Source: Verrucomicrobiota bacterium
GTDB lineage: Bacteria > Verrucomicrobiota > Verrucomicrobiia > Chthoniobacterales > UBA10450
Direction of reading: 5' to 3'
DNA length: 64,000 nucleotides
Assembly: GCA_041167045.1 (NCBI GenBank)
Contig: JBEEGW010000001.1
Span: forward strand, 6,514-70,513
Of the stretch, positions 39,211-48,991 are shown one piece after another. The notes under the pieces were generated by a model, which had not been told where the DNA came from, did no database searches, and was given only the letters and a program-made list of their open reading frames with translations. Position numbers and translations under genes: made by a program. Position 1 is the first letter of the stretch. Each line of letters begins with the position of its first letter.

Positions 39211-41424
39211 AAGATTCTCGTCATCGCAGTCAGTCTTGCCATTGCCGGTTCAGTTTTCGCACAGACGCCGTCGCCAAATGCGGCCGTGAATGGAAAACAT
39301 CCGTTCACATTCGAAGACATGATGGCGCTGAAGCGCGTCGGTGCGCCGCAGCCGTCGCCCGATGGGAAATGGGTCGTGTTGGACTGCGTCGATGTCGATC
39401 TTGCCGCGAACACGAAGATTTCGCATTTGTGGATCGTGCCAGCGAGCGGCGGTGAATCGAAGCGCTTGAATGAAACGCCGAATCATGAAGAGCGGCCGCG
39501 ATTTTCGCCCGATAGCAAACGCTTGATCTGGACGTCGAAAGCGACCGATCTGACGCAAATCTGGATGTGCGATTTCGATTCGAACGCAGGTTCGTTAGTC
39601 GGCAAACCGCATCAGCTTACAAACATTTCGACCGGCGCCGACGGCGCGATCTGGTCGCCAGATGGAAAGAACATTGTGTTCGTGTCGGCGGTGTATCCCG
39701 ATTGCAAAGACGACGCGTGCAACAAGCAGCGCGACGAAGAGCTGAAGGACAGCAAAGTGAAAGCGAAAATCTTCACGCGGCTGCTTTATCGACATTGGAA
39801 CGCGTTCACCGAATTCAAGCGCAGCCATTTGTTCGTCCTTAATGCAGACTCTTCTGTGGAGGCAGGCGTCTCGCCTGCGACATCTTCACAAACGCAGCCG
39901 GGGACGGCTGCCACCACAGCAGCACGCGATCTTACCCCCGGCGATCACGATGTGCCGCCGTTCAATCTCGGCGGTCAGGACATGTATGCGATTTCGCCGG
40001 ACGGCCAGGAGCTCGCTTACACGAGCAACATCGATGAAGTCGAAGCGACCAGCACGAACAACGAAATTTTCACTGTGCCGATGGCGGGCGGTGCGCCCAA
40101 GAAAATCTCTACCAGTCCCGGTGCCGATTCGACGCCACTCTATTCGCCGGATGGAAAATACATCGCCTGGCGATCGCAAGCCCACGCCGGCTTCGAAGCC
40201 GATAAATGGCGGCTCTTCGTAAAAGATCGTGAAAGCGGGCAAGTCCAAGACACAACTGCAACTCTCGATCGTTCTGTCGGCAGTTTCTGTTGGTGGGCCC
40301 GATTCGCACTGCTCTTTGCGACTGAATGGAGAGGCGAAACAGAATTCTATAACGTCATTCCCGGCATGGGCTCACACAAACCGTATGTTTCACCGCCGAC
40401 GAGATTCTCTGGGCACGCGGACGACCTCGCATGGTCGCAGAAAGTGCTTTTCTGCTCCGGCGCCACGGCAGCTGCGCCTAACGAGATCCTAAAGAACGAC
40501 GTCGACTATCCTGGTGACGGCATAATCTATGAAGCAGCGCACCCAGGAATGGTTCCGCTCACCCACATGAACGACGCGCTGTTGTCGAAGATCGACATGC
40601 CGCGGTTGGAGTCGTTCACGTTCAAAGGCGCGAACGACGAGGAGGTGCAGGGATTCATGATCAAGCCGCCGGGATTTGATCCGAGCAAAAGATATCCGCT
40701 GAAGCTTTTGATCCACGGCGGACCGCAAGGCTCGTTTGGAAATTCGTGGACGTATCGCTGGAACGCGGAGTTGATGGCCGTCGGCAACTCCGAAAGCTTT
40801 CGCGAGGGGGGCGGCTACGTGGTGGTGATGATCAACTTCCACGGCTCGACCGGTTACGGGCAGAAGTTTACCGATTCGATCAGCGGCGATTGGGGCGGCA
40901 AACCGTATGTCGATCTTATGCGCGGGCTCGATTACGTGGAGAAGACGTATCCGTTCATCGACAAGAACCGCGAGGCCGCGCTCGGCGCGAGCTACGGCGG
41001 TTACATGGCGAACTGGTTGCTCGGTCACACCGATCGCTTCAAATGTATCGTGTCGCACGACGGCGTGTTCAACAGCGAGTCGGCTTACGGCACGACCGAA
41101 GAACTTTGGTTCAACAATTGGGAATTCAAAGGTCCGCCGTGGAATAATCGCGAGCTTTACCGGAAATGGTCGCCGCACGAGTACGCGAAGAATTTCAAAA
41201 CGCCGACGCTGGTTGTGCACGGCCAGCTCGATTATCGGCTCGATGTTTCACAAGGCTTCGATCTTTTTACGACGCTGCAAACGCTGAAGGTGCCATCGAA
41301 GATGTTGTATTTCCCGGACGAAGGTCACTGGGTGCTCAAGCCGCAGAATTCGCGGCTTTGGTACAAAACGGTGAACGATTGGGTGGATCAGTGGTGCAGC
41401 GCAGCAGCGAATGCGAAAAACTGA
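39208..41424 (+). CDS. S9 family serine peptidase (N-terminal beta-propeller, C-terminal alpha/beta hydrolase)
   Basis: Signal peptide. TolB-like repeat region. Nucleophile elbow GASYGGYMANW plus Asp/His downstream. Confidence 0.85.
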   Translation: MKILVIAVSLAIAGSVFAQTPSPNAAVNGKHPFTFEDMMALKRVGAPQPSPDGKWVVLDCVDVDLAANTKISHLWIVPASGGESKRLNETPNHEERPRFSPDSKRLIWTSKATDLTQIWMCDFDSNAGSLVGKPHQLTNISTGADGAIWSPDGKNIVFVSAVYPDCKDDACNKQRDEELKDSKVKAKIFTRLLYRHWNAFTEFKRSHLFVLNADSSVEAGVSPATSSQTQPGTAATTAARDLTPGDHDVPPFNLGGQDMYAISPDGQELAYTSNIDEVEATSTNNEIFTVPMAGGAPKKISTSPGADSTPLYSPDGKYIAWRSQAHAGFEADKWRLFVKDRESGQVQDTTATLDRSVGSFCWWARFALLFATEWRGETEFYNVIPGMGSHKPYVSPPTRFSGHADDLAWSQKVLFCSGATAAAPNEILKNDVDYPGDGIIYEAAHPGMVPLTHMNDALLSKIDMPRLESFTFKGANDEEVQGFMIKPPGFDPSKRYPLKLLIHGGPQGSFGNSWTYRWNAELMAVGNSESFREGGGYVVVMINFHGSTGYGQKFTDSISGDWGGKPYVDLMRGLDYVEKTYPFIDKNREAALGASYGGYMANWLLGHTDRFKCIVSHDGVFNSESAYGTTEELWFNNWEFKGPPWNNRELYRKWSPHEYAKNFKTPTLVVHGQLDYRLDVSQGFDLFTTLQTLKVPSKMLYFPDEGHWVLKPQNSRLWYKTVNDWVDQWCSAAANAKN

Positions 41425-41433
41425 TTGTCGATC

Positions 41434-42651
41434 TTAGCGTCGACGTCTACCGAAAGAATAACCGCGATGCGTGCGGCCGCCGCCGATGGCGCGCTTGCCG
41501 CCGGACGCTGATTCCGGCTCGAAGAGCACGGTGTACTTGTAGGGAAAGCTTTCCAGTTTTAGTCGTGGAATCTTGCGACCGATGAAGCGCTCGATCGCCT
41601 GGAGCGCAGCCACTTCTTCGCCGTTCATGAGCGTAAAGGCGTCGCCCACATTTTGTGCGCGCCCGGTTCGCCCGATGCGATGCACATAATCTTCCGGATG
41701 CTCCGGCACATCGTAATTGATGACGTGACTGACGCCGGCGATGTCGAGCCCGCGCGCGGCGATATCGGTCGCGACCATCACTTCGTATTTACCGCTCTTA
41801 AAACCGTCGAGCGCTTCGATGCGTTCGCGTTGGGTGCGGTTGGAATGAAGCACGGCCACAGAATGCTGGCCTGCTTTCAGTTTATGCGCGATGCGATCGG
41901 CGCCGTGTTTGGTCCGCGAAAAAATCAGCGCGCTGTCGTAATTGGTGCGATCGAGCAATGCCATGAGCAGATCGAATTTCTGTTCGGCTGCGACCGGATA
42001 GACCGCGTGCGTGACCGTTTCGGCCGGCGAACGGCGCACACCGATTTCGACGAGCTCCGGATCGCGCAACACCCACGCAGCGAGCCGCTCGATTTCCGGC
42101 GGCAACGTCGCAGAGAACAAAAGTGTTTGTCGATCTTTCGAAATTTTGTCCACGATGCGCCGGACGTCGGGAAGAAATCCCATGTCGAGCATGCGATCGA
42201 CTTCATCGAGCACGAGAATGCTGACGTCGCGAAAATGGAGCGTGCCTTGTTCGAGATGATCGAGCAGGCGGCCGGGCGTCGCGGCGACGACGTCCATGCC
42301 GCGTTTCAAATCTTCGCGCTGTTTTCCATAACCGACTCCGCCGTGCACAACCGTCGCGCGAATGTCGGTGAAGCGTCCGTAATCGCGAAACGCGGTCTCG
42401 ACTTGCGCCGACAGCTCTCGCGTCGGCTCGAGCACGAGGCAACGAAATTTTCCGTGCTGCCCGAGCAGCGTCAAAATCGGCAGCGCGAAGGCGGCCGTCT
42501 TGCCCGTGCCCGTCTGGGCGGTGCCGATCAAATCTTTTCCAGCGAGAACGATCGGAAAGGCGCGGAGCTGGATCGGCGTCGGCTCGGTGAACCCCATGGC
42601 TTGGGTGCCGCGCACGACCTCGGCCGACAGTCCGAAATTATTAAATGACAC
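41434..42651 (-). CDS. DEAD-box ATP-dependent RNA helicase (RhlE-like)
   Basis: Q-motif, AQTGTGKTAAF, DEVDRM, SAT and HRIGRTGRAG motifs. Confidence 0.9.
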   Translation of the reverse strand: MSFNNFGLSAEVVRGTQAMGFTEPTPIQLRAFPIVLAGKDLIGTAQTGTGKTAAFALPILTLLGQHGKFRCLVLEPTRELSAQVETAFRDYGRFTDIRATVVHGGVGYGKQREDLKRGMDVVAATPGRLLDHLEQGTLHFRDVSILVLDEVDRMLDMGFLPDVRRIVDKISKDRQTLLFSATLPPEIERLAAWVLRDPELVEIGVRRSPAETVTHAVYPVAAEQKFDLLMALLDRTNYDSALIFSRTKHGADRIAHKLKAGQHSVAVLHSNRTQRERIEALDGFKSGKYEVMVATDIAARGLDIAGVSHVINYDVPEHPEDYVHRIGRTGRAQNVGDAFTLMNGEEVAALQAIERFIGRKIPRLKLESFPYKYTVLFEPESASGGKRAIGGGRTHRGYSFGRRRR

Positions 42652-42692
42652 GAGGCGACATTACGGGCCACGCGAAACGAATCAATGCGCAG

Positions 42693-43148
42693 ATGAAAAA
42701 TGACGCGATCCGCATTCTGGTGATGGCGGACACGCACGATCGCTTGCCCGGTAATATGTCGATCTTAGCCGAGGGCGCGGACGAGATCTGGCATTTGGGC
42801 GACGTCTGTTCGCCGCACATTCTGGAGGCGATCGAGAAACTCGGGTCGCCCGTCACGGTTGTGCGCGGAAATTGCGACAGCAATCGCAACTGGCCGCTGA
42901 TTGTCGATCTTGTGCGCGACGGTTTGAGATTTCGCCTACAACATATTCCGCCCGATCGTGCGCCCGCGAATGTCGATGTTGTTTTGCACGGCCACACCCA
43001 TGTGCCGCGCAACGAAAAACGAAGCGGCATTTTATTTCTCAATCCCGGCTGCGTGACGCGCCCGAACCGCGGCGCTGCGCCGAGTGTCGCGTGGCTTGTA
43101 ATTTCCAAGGAAGGAAAGCTAAATTGGAAATTGCAAACGTTGCGCTGA
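42693..43148 (+). CDS. metallophosphoesterase (YfcE / MJ0936 family)
   Basis: ILVMADTHD, HLGDV, GNCD and LHGHTH motifs. The start is called at the internal ATG (MKNDAIRIL) to avoid overlap with the helicase start. Confidence 0.75.
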   Translation: MKNDAIRILVMADTHDRLPGNMSILAEGADEIWHLGDVCSPHILEAIEKLGSPVTVVRGNCDSNRNWPLIVDLVRDGLRFRLQHIPPDRAPANVDVVLHGHTHVPRNEKRSGILFLNPGCVTRPNRGAAPSVAWLVISKEGKLNWKLQTLR

Positions 43149-43154
43149 GTGCAA

Positions 43155-45575
43155 TCACTCGCTGCGCAATGCGATGATCGGATCGATGCGGCCGGCGCGG
43201 CGCGCCGGAATCCAGCACGCGAGAGACGTCGCGGCGAAGAGAAGCAAGCCGACCGCAAAATAAATGGTCGGTCCCGCGCCCTTCACTTCGAAGAGGACGC
43301 TTTGCAGCGCGCGCGAGAGAATCAAGGAGCTGACGAGACCGATGCCCGAGCCAATGAGGAGCAATTTCATTCCATGCGAAAGAATCAACGCGCGAATCTG
43401 CGCTGGTCGCGCGCCGAGAGCGAGGCGAACGCCAATTTCACGAACGCGCTTCAACATGGTGTAAGCGAGTAGCCCGTACAGTCCGATCGTGGCCAGTAGC
43501 AATGCCAGGCCGGCGAAAACGGCGAAGAGAAAACTGAGCAGCCGTTGCGTGCCCCACGTTTCGCGCACGCGATCGCCCATCGGCCGCACGTCGAAGACTG
43601 GCTGCGCCGGATCGATCGCGGTGACGCTGTCGCGAATTGGTTTTTCGAGGGAATTGAGCCCGGCGCCGGCGCGGACGAAAAGATCGAGAGTGGTGCGTTG
43701 CGCTTGTGCCATCGAACAATAAATCACCGGCAGCGGCGCCATTTCATCGATCGCGTGAAAACGCATGCGCCCGACCACTCCGACGATCTCGGCCATGGCG
43801 TATCCTTCCTCGTCGTTGCCAACATCGACAGAAACGCGTTTCCCGATCGGATCTTCGTGTGGGAAAAACTGTTCGACCAAAGCTTGATCGACAATGATCA
43901 CGCGCGGTGACGTCGCCGTGTCGCGTTCGTTAAACGTGCGGCCGCGAAGGAGTGGCGTCTTGAGCGCAGCAAAATAATCACCGGTAATAATTTCCAAGTC
44001 TGCGCTTGGCATTTGACCAGGCGGAGGCTGCGCCGCGCCTTCACGCAGGAAACCGGTCTGCCAGCCGCCCATCAGCGGCGAGTTCGAGCCGATGCCGGCG
44101 CTCTGCACGCCGGGAAGTGCGCGCACTCGCTCGAGCAATGCCCTCGTGAACGTGACGACTTTCTCGCGACTCGAATATGAGCGCCACGCCAGCTCGAGGC
44201 GTGCCGTGAGTAAACCGCGCGGTTCGTATCCGAGCTGGAGCGATTGGATGCGCGAAAAGCTTGTCAGCACCAGCGCGGCCGCGATCAGTAGCGTCAGCGT
44301 GAGCGCGATCTCGCTGATGACGAGCCAGTCGCGCGTCCGTTTCGCTGACGGCGCATCGCCACTGCCGAGCGAGCCTGTTTTTAATGCGAGCTGGACATCA
44401 GCGCGCGAGGTTTGCCATGCCGGCCACAATCCGAACAGCACTGTCGTGAGCGATGCGATGGCAAAGGCAAAACCGAGCACCGGCAAGTCGAAGGAAATTT
44501 CCTGAAAGCGCGAGACGCCTTGCGGCGCCAACGTCATGAGCGCTTCGCGCACCCAAAGAGCGATGAAAAATCCAAGCGCTCCGCCCAGCAGCGCGATCAG
44601 AAAACTTTCGACCAAAAGTTGGCGAATGATTTGCCGGCGGCTCGCGCCAACCGCAGCGCGGATGGCAAACTCTCTCGCGCGCGCCGCGCCGCGGGCCGCA
44701 AATAAATTCGCGAGATTCGCGCACGCGATCAGCAACACCAATCCGACTGCGCCGAGAAGCAGGCCGAGATTCGTTCGATATTTTCCGACAAGATTTTCGA
44801 GCAGTGGCGTGACGACAACGCTCACTTGTGTGTTGGTCGCGGGATACGCTTTTTCCAAGCGCGCGGCGATCCCTTTCATCTCCGTGCGCGCAAGATCGAC
44901 AGTTACCCCGGGCTTGAGCCGGCCCCACACGAACATCATGGGATGATGCGAACGATCGAGCCACGCCGGATTGTTGCTGCGCCGGCCGAGCGAAAACCAC
45001 GCGTCCGTGTCCTGCGGCGAAGTCATTTCCGAGGGCATCACGCCGACGATCGTGAAATTCTGATCGTGTAAATTGATCGAGCGGCCAACTGCATTCGGGT
45101 CGCGAGTAAAAGCGCGCTGCCAGAGGCGATCGCTGATCACGACAACGGGCGGGCCGCCGACCTTGTCTTCGTCCTCGCTAAAAGTGCGCCCGATTTTCGG
45201 AGCCAGGCCGATAACATTGAAGAAATTTCGCGTCACTGAAGCGCAGGAAATTCGTTCGGCTTCGCGGCCAGGAATGCCGCTGAGGTTGCGCGATTCTTTG
45301 TGCGTGCAGGCGAGATGCTCGAAGACGGTGTTGTCGCGTTGCCAGTCGAAATAATCCGGCAGCGCGACGGAAAAATCCTGGCCGGGCCCGGAAGATTCGC
45401 TCAGCACCATGATGCGATCGGCATTCGGATACGGAAGCGGCCGCAACAAAACGGCGTTGACCACGCTGAAGATTGCGGTGTTCGCGCCCATGCCGAGCGC
45501 GAGCGTCAAAATGGCAATCGCGCTGAAGCCTGGCTGTTTCCACAGCGTGCGGACAGCGTAGCGCAGATCGTGCAT
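43155..45575 (-). CDS. ABC transporter permease, MacB/FtsX-like with two FtsX domains
   Basis: 806 aa. An N-terminal TM, a MacB-type periplasmic domain and duplicated FtsX 4-TM modules. Confidence 0.85.
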   Translation of the reverse strand: MHDLRYAVRTLWKQPGFSAIAILTLALGMGANTAIFSVVNAVLLRPLPYPNADRIMVLSESSGPGQDFSVALPDYFDWQRDNTVFEHLACTHKESRNLSGIPGREAERISCASVTRNFFNVIGLAPKIGRTFSEDEDKVGGPPVVVISDRLWQRAFTRDPNAVGRSINLHDQNFTIVGVMPSEMTSPQDTDAWFSLGRRSNNPAWLDRSHHPMMFVWGRLKPGVTVDLARTEMKGIAARLEKAYPATNTQVSVVVTPLLENLVGKYRTNLGLLLGAVGLVLLIACANLANLFAARGAARAREFAIRAAVGASRRQIIRQLLVESFLIALLGGALGFFIALWVREALMTLAPQGVSRFQEISFDLPVLGFAFAIASLTTVLFGLWPAWQTSRADVQLALKTGSLGSGDAPSAKRTRDWLVISEIALTLTLLIAAALVLTSFSRIQSLQLGYEPRGLLTARLELAWRSYSSREKVVTFTRALLERVRALPGVQSAGIGSNSPLMGGWQTGFLREGAAQPPPGQMPSADLEIITGDYFAALKTPLLRGRTFNERDTATSPRVIIVDQALVEQFFPHEDPIGKRVSVDVGNDEEGYAMAEIVGVVGRMRFHAIDEMAPLPVIYCSMAQAQRTTLDLFVRAGAGLNSLEKPIRDSVTAIDPAQPVFDVRPMGDRVRETWGTQRLLSFLFAVFAGLALLLATIGLYGLLAYTMLKRVREIGVRLALGARPAQIRALILSHGMKLLLIGSGIGLVSSLILSRALQSVLFEVKGAGPTIYFAVGLLLFAATSLACWIPARRAGRIDPIIALRSE

Positions 45576-45612
45576 AAACTTTTCTTCGCCGCCTAGAGCG
45601 CAGGAATAAAAT

Positions 45613-45828
45613 TTAGCTTTGTGCGCGTGTCTGTTTTGCCTGCTGGCTGCACGCTACATCCGTGCACTGCAACCCGGCCGCGGGCACGCGCACTGGGTGT
45701 TGTGCGAACTGCGAAATCGAAAACACGGCGCTCAAAATCAAAATCAAATAAGCGACTGCTTCGAAAAATCCCCGGCTTTTTTCTTCCGAGCGAATGAGCA
45801 ATGCATAAGTGGATTCTTGTTTATTCAT
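45613..45828 (-). CDS. hypothetical small membrane protein
   Basis: 71-aa ORF with one hydrophobic helix. No recognisable family. Confidence 0.2.
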   Translation of the reverse strand: MNKQESTYALLIRSEEKSRGFFEAVAYLILILSAVFSISQFAQHPVRVPAAGLQCTDVACSQQAKQTRAQS

Positions 45829-46016
45829 AAGGGTTGGTTGGTTGACGCCAACTCCTTATGCACGCCTCGTGCCAGCGGACGAGATGCCAATGAAAGCAGC
45901 TCGCCCGGAACGCTTTAACAATTTCGAGTGGCGCGTGCAACACCACGCCGTGTTCCGCGCGTGGGAACATTTCGTTCCGTTTTCGGGACACGGACGCGCT
46001 GTGTCGATTTTGCCCT

Positions 46017-46048
46017 TCGCGCGCGAAATGCGCGCGAATTATTTCTTC
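46017..46048. terminator. GC-rich hairpin (8-bp stem TCGCGCGC / GCGCGCGA, loop GAAAT) immediately downstream of the rplQ stop, with a T-run on the plus strand
   Basis: Seen in sequence. The U-tract is on the wrong strand for an rplQ terminator, so its function is uncertain; it may be bidirectional or an attenuator. Confidence 0.2.
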
Positions 46049-46518
46049 GCCGCTTCGCTCTTTTTCGATTTGCCGGCGGCTTTTTCGGCCGGCTCGGCGG
46101 ACGATTTCGCCGTCTTTCCCTTTTTGCCTTTTTCTTCCGGCGCGGTTTCTTCGACAACTTGCGGCGCATCCACCCATTCGATGAATGCCATCAGCGCCGA
46201 ATCACTTTTGCGCGCGCCGAGTTTCACGATGCGGGTGTAACCGCCGTTACGACTTGTCGATCTTGGCGCGAGGTCGTCGAACAATTTTTTTACGGCGACG
46301 CCCTGCCGCAAAACGGAAAGCGCGGTCCGCCGCGCATGGAGCGTTCCTTTTTTGCCGAGCGTCACCATTTTTTCCGCGAGCGGACGAACGGCCTTCGCTT
46401 TGGCGAGAGTGGTTTTGATGCGCTGGTGCTCGATCAAACTGCAGACCTGATTTGCGAGCATCGCTTTGCGATGCTCGGCGGTGCGGCCGAGCTTGATCGT
46501 TTTCTTGCGGTGTCTCAT
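46039..46518 (-). CDS. rplQ: 50S ribosomal protein L17
   Basis: Canonical L17 N-terminus [24 protein letters not shown] plus a Lys/Ala-rich C-terminal tail. Confidence 0.95.
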   Translation of the reverse strand: MRHRKKTIKLGRTAEHRKAMLANQVCSLIEHQRIKTTLAKAKAVRPLAEKMVTLGKKGTLHARRTALSVLRQGVAVKKLFDDLAPRSTSRNGGYTRIVKLGARKSDSALMAFIEWVDAPQVVEETAPEEKGKKGKTAKSSAEPAEKAAGKSKKSEAAKK

Positions 46519-46527
46519 GTCGATCTT
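46518..46527 (-). repeat. motif copy abutting the rplQ start codon (mRNA sense ...CAAGATCGACATGAGA)
   Basis: TGTCGATCTT at 46518..46527. The rplQ ATG is the complement of 46516..46518. The rpoA-rplQ spacer is only 18 nt and has no Shine-Dalgarno sequence. Confidence 0.85.
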
Positions 46528-46536
46528 GCGCCGGGG

Positions 46537-47589
46537 TTATGCTCTTTCGGGAGCGGCGGCCGCAGCACCATTCGAATTCGCGCCATCTACGCTCGCCACC
46601 GGCATGTCCACCAGGCCAGTGTCAAATTTCATCCCAAGCCCGAGCCCGAGCTGCTGAAGTTTGTCTTTGATTTCGTTGAGCGATTTCTTGCCGAAGTTTC
46701 GATACTTCAACATTTCGGCTTCCGATTTTTGCGCGAGCTGACCGACAGTCGTGATGTTTGCGTTGTTCAAACAATTGGCCGCGCGCACGCTCAGTTCGAT
46801 TTCATTCACGCTCATGTTGAGCAGCTTCTTGAGCTTCATGTTTTCCTCGCTCACGCCGGCTGGCGTTTCGTCGAACTCGATCACCTCTTCATTGAAGTTA
46901 ACGAAGACATCGAGATGGTGGCGCAGGATGGCCGACGCCTGCAAAAGTGCATCGTCCGGCGTCAGGCGTCCGTCCGTCCAAACTTCCAGAAGAAGCTTGT
47001 CGTAATCGGTGCGCTGACCGACACGGGTGTTTTCTACCGCGTATTTCACGCGCGTGACGGGTGAAAAAATGGAATCGATCGGAATGAGCCCGATCGGTTG
47101 ATCGGCGCGTTTGTTTTCTTCGCCGGTGGCGAAACCGCGGCCGACGCGCACCTCGAGCTCGGCATCAAATTTATGTTTCTTATCGAGCGTGCAGATGACC
47201 TGCTTCGGATTGAGAACTTCGTAACCTTGCGCGAGCTGAATGTCGCTGGCGGTGACTTCGCCGTCTTTGTTTACGGTGAGCGAAAGCTTGCGCGGCTCAT
47301 GATCGACCGCTTGGAATTTTACGCGCTTCAGATTGAGCACGATGTCAGTCACGTCTTCGACCACGCCTGGCAAAGTCGCAAACTCATGCTGCGCGCCGGT
47401 GATTTTCACGGCGGTGATCGCTGCGCCTTCGAGGGACGAAAGCAGCACGCGGCGGAGTGAATTTCCGACGGTGTGGCCGTATCCAGCTTCAAAAGGTTCC
47501 GCGATAAATTTCGCGTAGGTATCTGTGGCTGTCTCCTCGTCCTTGACGAGGGTTTTTGGCATTTCAAAACGACCGTAACGAACTGGCAT
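46537..47589 (-). CDS. rpoA: DNA-directed RNA polymerase subunit alpha
   Basis: Complete NTD and CTD (VNEIELSVRAANCLNNANITTVGQL). The start is called at MPVRYGRFEMPKTL; the ORF-track N-terminal extension to 47667 lacks homology. Confidence 0.9.
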   Translation of the reverse strand: MPVRYGRFEMPKTLVKDEETATDTYAKFIAEPFEAGYGHTVGNSLRRVLLSSLEGAAITAVKITGAQHEFATLPGVVEDVTDIVLNLKRVKFQAVDHEPRKLSLTVNKDGEVTASDIQLAQGYEVLNPKQVICTLDKKHKFDAELEVRVGRGFATGEENKRADQPIGLIPIDSIFSPVTRVKYAVENTRVGQRTDYDKLLLEVWTDGRLTPDDALLQASAILRHHLDVFVNFNEEVIEFDETPAGVSEENMKLKKLLNMSVNEIELSVRAANCLNNANITTVGQLAQKSEAEMLKYRNFGKKSLNEIKDKLQQLGLGLGMKFDTGLVDMPVASVDGANSNGAAAAAPERA

Positions 47590-47755
47590 GGGATTTAGAC
47601 TTTCGGATCGCCGGGTTACCCCTGACGAGTGCGGCTTCGCGTCAACTGACGGAAACCCAGGGACCAACGGCGCAACTTCAAAACTCGCTGCGAACGTGGA
47701 ATCAACACCAAACTACGCAGAAATCAAGCGCGGATTTTTATGTCGATCTTGGGTC

Positions 47756-48193
47756 TTAACCCTCGAGAATCTCGTCCGGCAATTCGTTGTCGCCAGTCGC
47801 TTTCTTGGGGAAATGTTGCGCGAGAAGTTTTCCTGTTTCTTCAATAGCCTCGATGATTGCCTGGTTGAACTTCTCATTCTGGAAATGCATGCGCATCGAA
47901 TCCACCAATCGCTGCCAGAATTCATCGCCGCATTTTTCATGGACACCGCTGTCTCCGATGACGGCAAACTTGCGCGCTCGCGGCGCGACGAAAATCAGAA
48001 CGGCATTGCGTTCCTGCGTTTTGTCCATGCCGAGCTTTTGAAATTTCGTCTGCGCGAGCGGCAGCGCGTCGCTTTCAAATTGCCCGCGCTGAATAAAAAC
48101 GCGGATTTGTCCTGAAGTCTTCGCTTCCGCTTCCTTGATCGCACTTACGATGCGGTCGTGATCGAGATGACTTAAAAAACGGTGCGTACGCAT
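47756..48193 (-). CDS. TPM-domain-like protein (hypothetical)
   Basis: 145 aa. Weak TPM / repair-of-PSII-like pattern (NAVLIFVAPRARKFAVIGDSG). Confidence 0.45.
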   Translation of the reverse strand: MRTHRFLSHLDHDRIVSAIKEAEAKTSGQIRVFIQRGQFESDALPLAQTKFQKLGMDKTQERNAVLIFVAPRARKFAVIGDSGVHEKCGDEFWQRLVDSMRMHFQNEKFNQAIIEAIEETGKLLAQHFPKKATGDNELPDEILEG

Positions 48194-48196
48194 TTG

Positions 48197-48988
48197 TCAC
48201 CAACTGCCGCTTGAGCCGCCGCCACCGAAACTTCCGCCGCCCCCGCTAAAGCCCGAGAAGCCACCGCCCGACGTACCAGAAGACCAGCCGCTGCCGCTGG
48301 ACCATCCTCCGACATACGGACCGCCGAATCCGGAATACGCAAACCCGCCGCGCCGTCGCCCGATGCGGATGAACATTAAGAGAACGATCATGAAAATCAG
48401 GAAGCCGAGAAGGCCTGCTCCGCCAGCAGCGTTGCCCCGTTTTTCCCTATCAGTTTTCCCGAGGCCGGTGTATTCGCCACGAATGGCCTTGCAGACCAGG
48501 TCAATTCCTTCCGCGAGCCCGCCTTCATAATCTCCATTCCGAAAATGAGGCTGAATGTGCCGGGTGCGAATATCGAAGGCAGTCACATCGGGCAGCGCGC
48601 CCTCGAGCCCATAACCGACTTGTATCGACATCTTGTGATCCTGCACGAAAACCAGGACGACCACGCCATTGCGCCGATCTTTTTGCCCGACCTGCCACGC
48701 TTGCGCGATGCGCTGCGCATAATCGTCGAGCGAAGATTCGCTCTCCATTTTTGGAAACAGAGCGACGACAACCTGATCCGAAGTTTCGCGCTCAAATTGC
48801 GCGAGCTGTTCGTTAAAACGAACCGCCGCGCTTTTTGAAACGACGCCGGCGTAATCGTTGAAGTAGCCCGCTGGTTTCGGCGGAATGATTTCCGCGGCGT
48901 GCGCGCAGACCGCGCTCACAATTAGCGCGAGGGCCGCAAACGACGGGATCCTTCGGCCTCGCTTCGCTGCGTTCAGGATGACGTGCAA
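48197..48988 (-). CDS. TPM domain protein (YgcG-like) with Gly/Ser-rich C-terminal tail
   Basis: Signal peptide, a TPM core (NGVVVLVFVQDHKMSIQVGYGLEG), a C-terminal TM and a GGS-rich tail. Confidence 0.6.
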   Translation of the reverse strand: MHVILNAAKRGRRIPSFAALALIVSAVCAHAAEIIPPKPAGYFNDYAGVVSKSAAVRFNEQLAQFERETSDQVVVALFPKMESESSLDDYAQRIAQAWQVGQKDRRNGVVVLVFVQDHKMSIQVGYGLEGALPDVTAFDIRTRHIQPHFRNGDYEGGLAEGIDLVCKAIRGEYTGLGKTDREKRGNAAGGAGLLGFLIFMIVLLMFIRIGRRRGGFAYSGFGGPYVGGWSSGSGWSSGTSGGGFSGFSGGGGSFGGGGSSGSW

Positions 48989-48991
48989 AGA

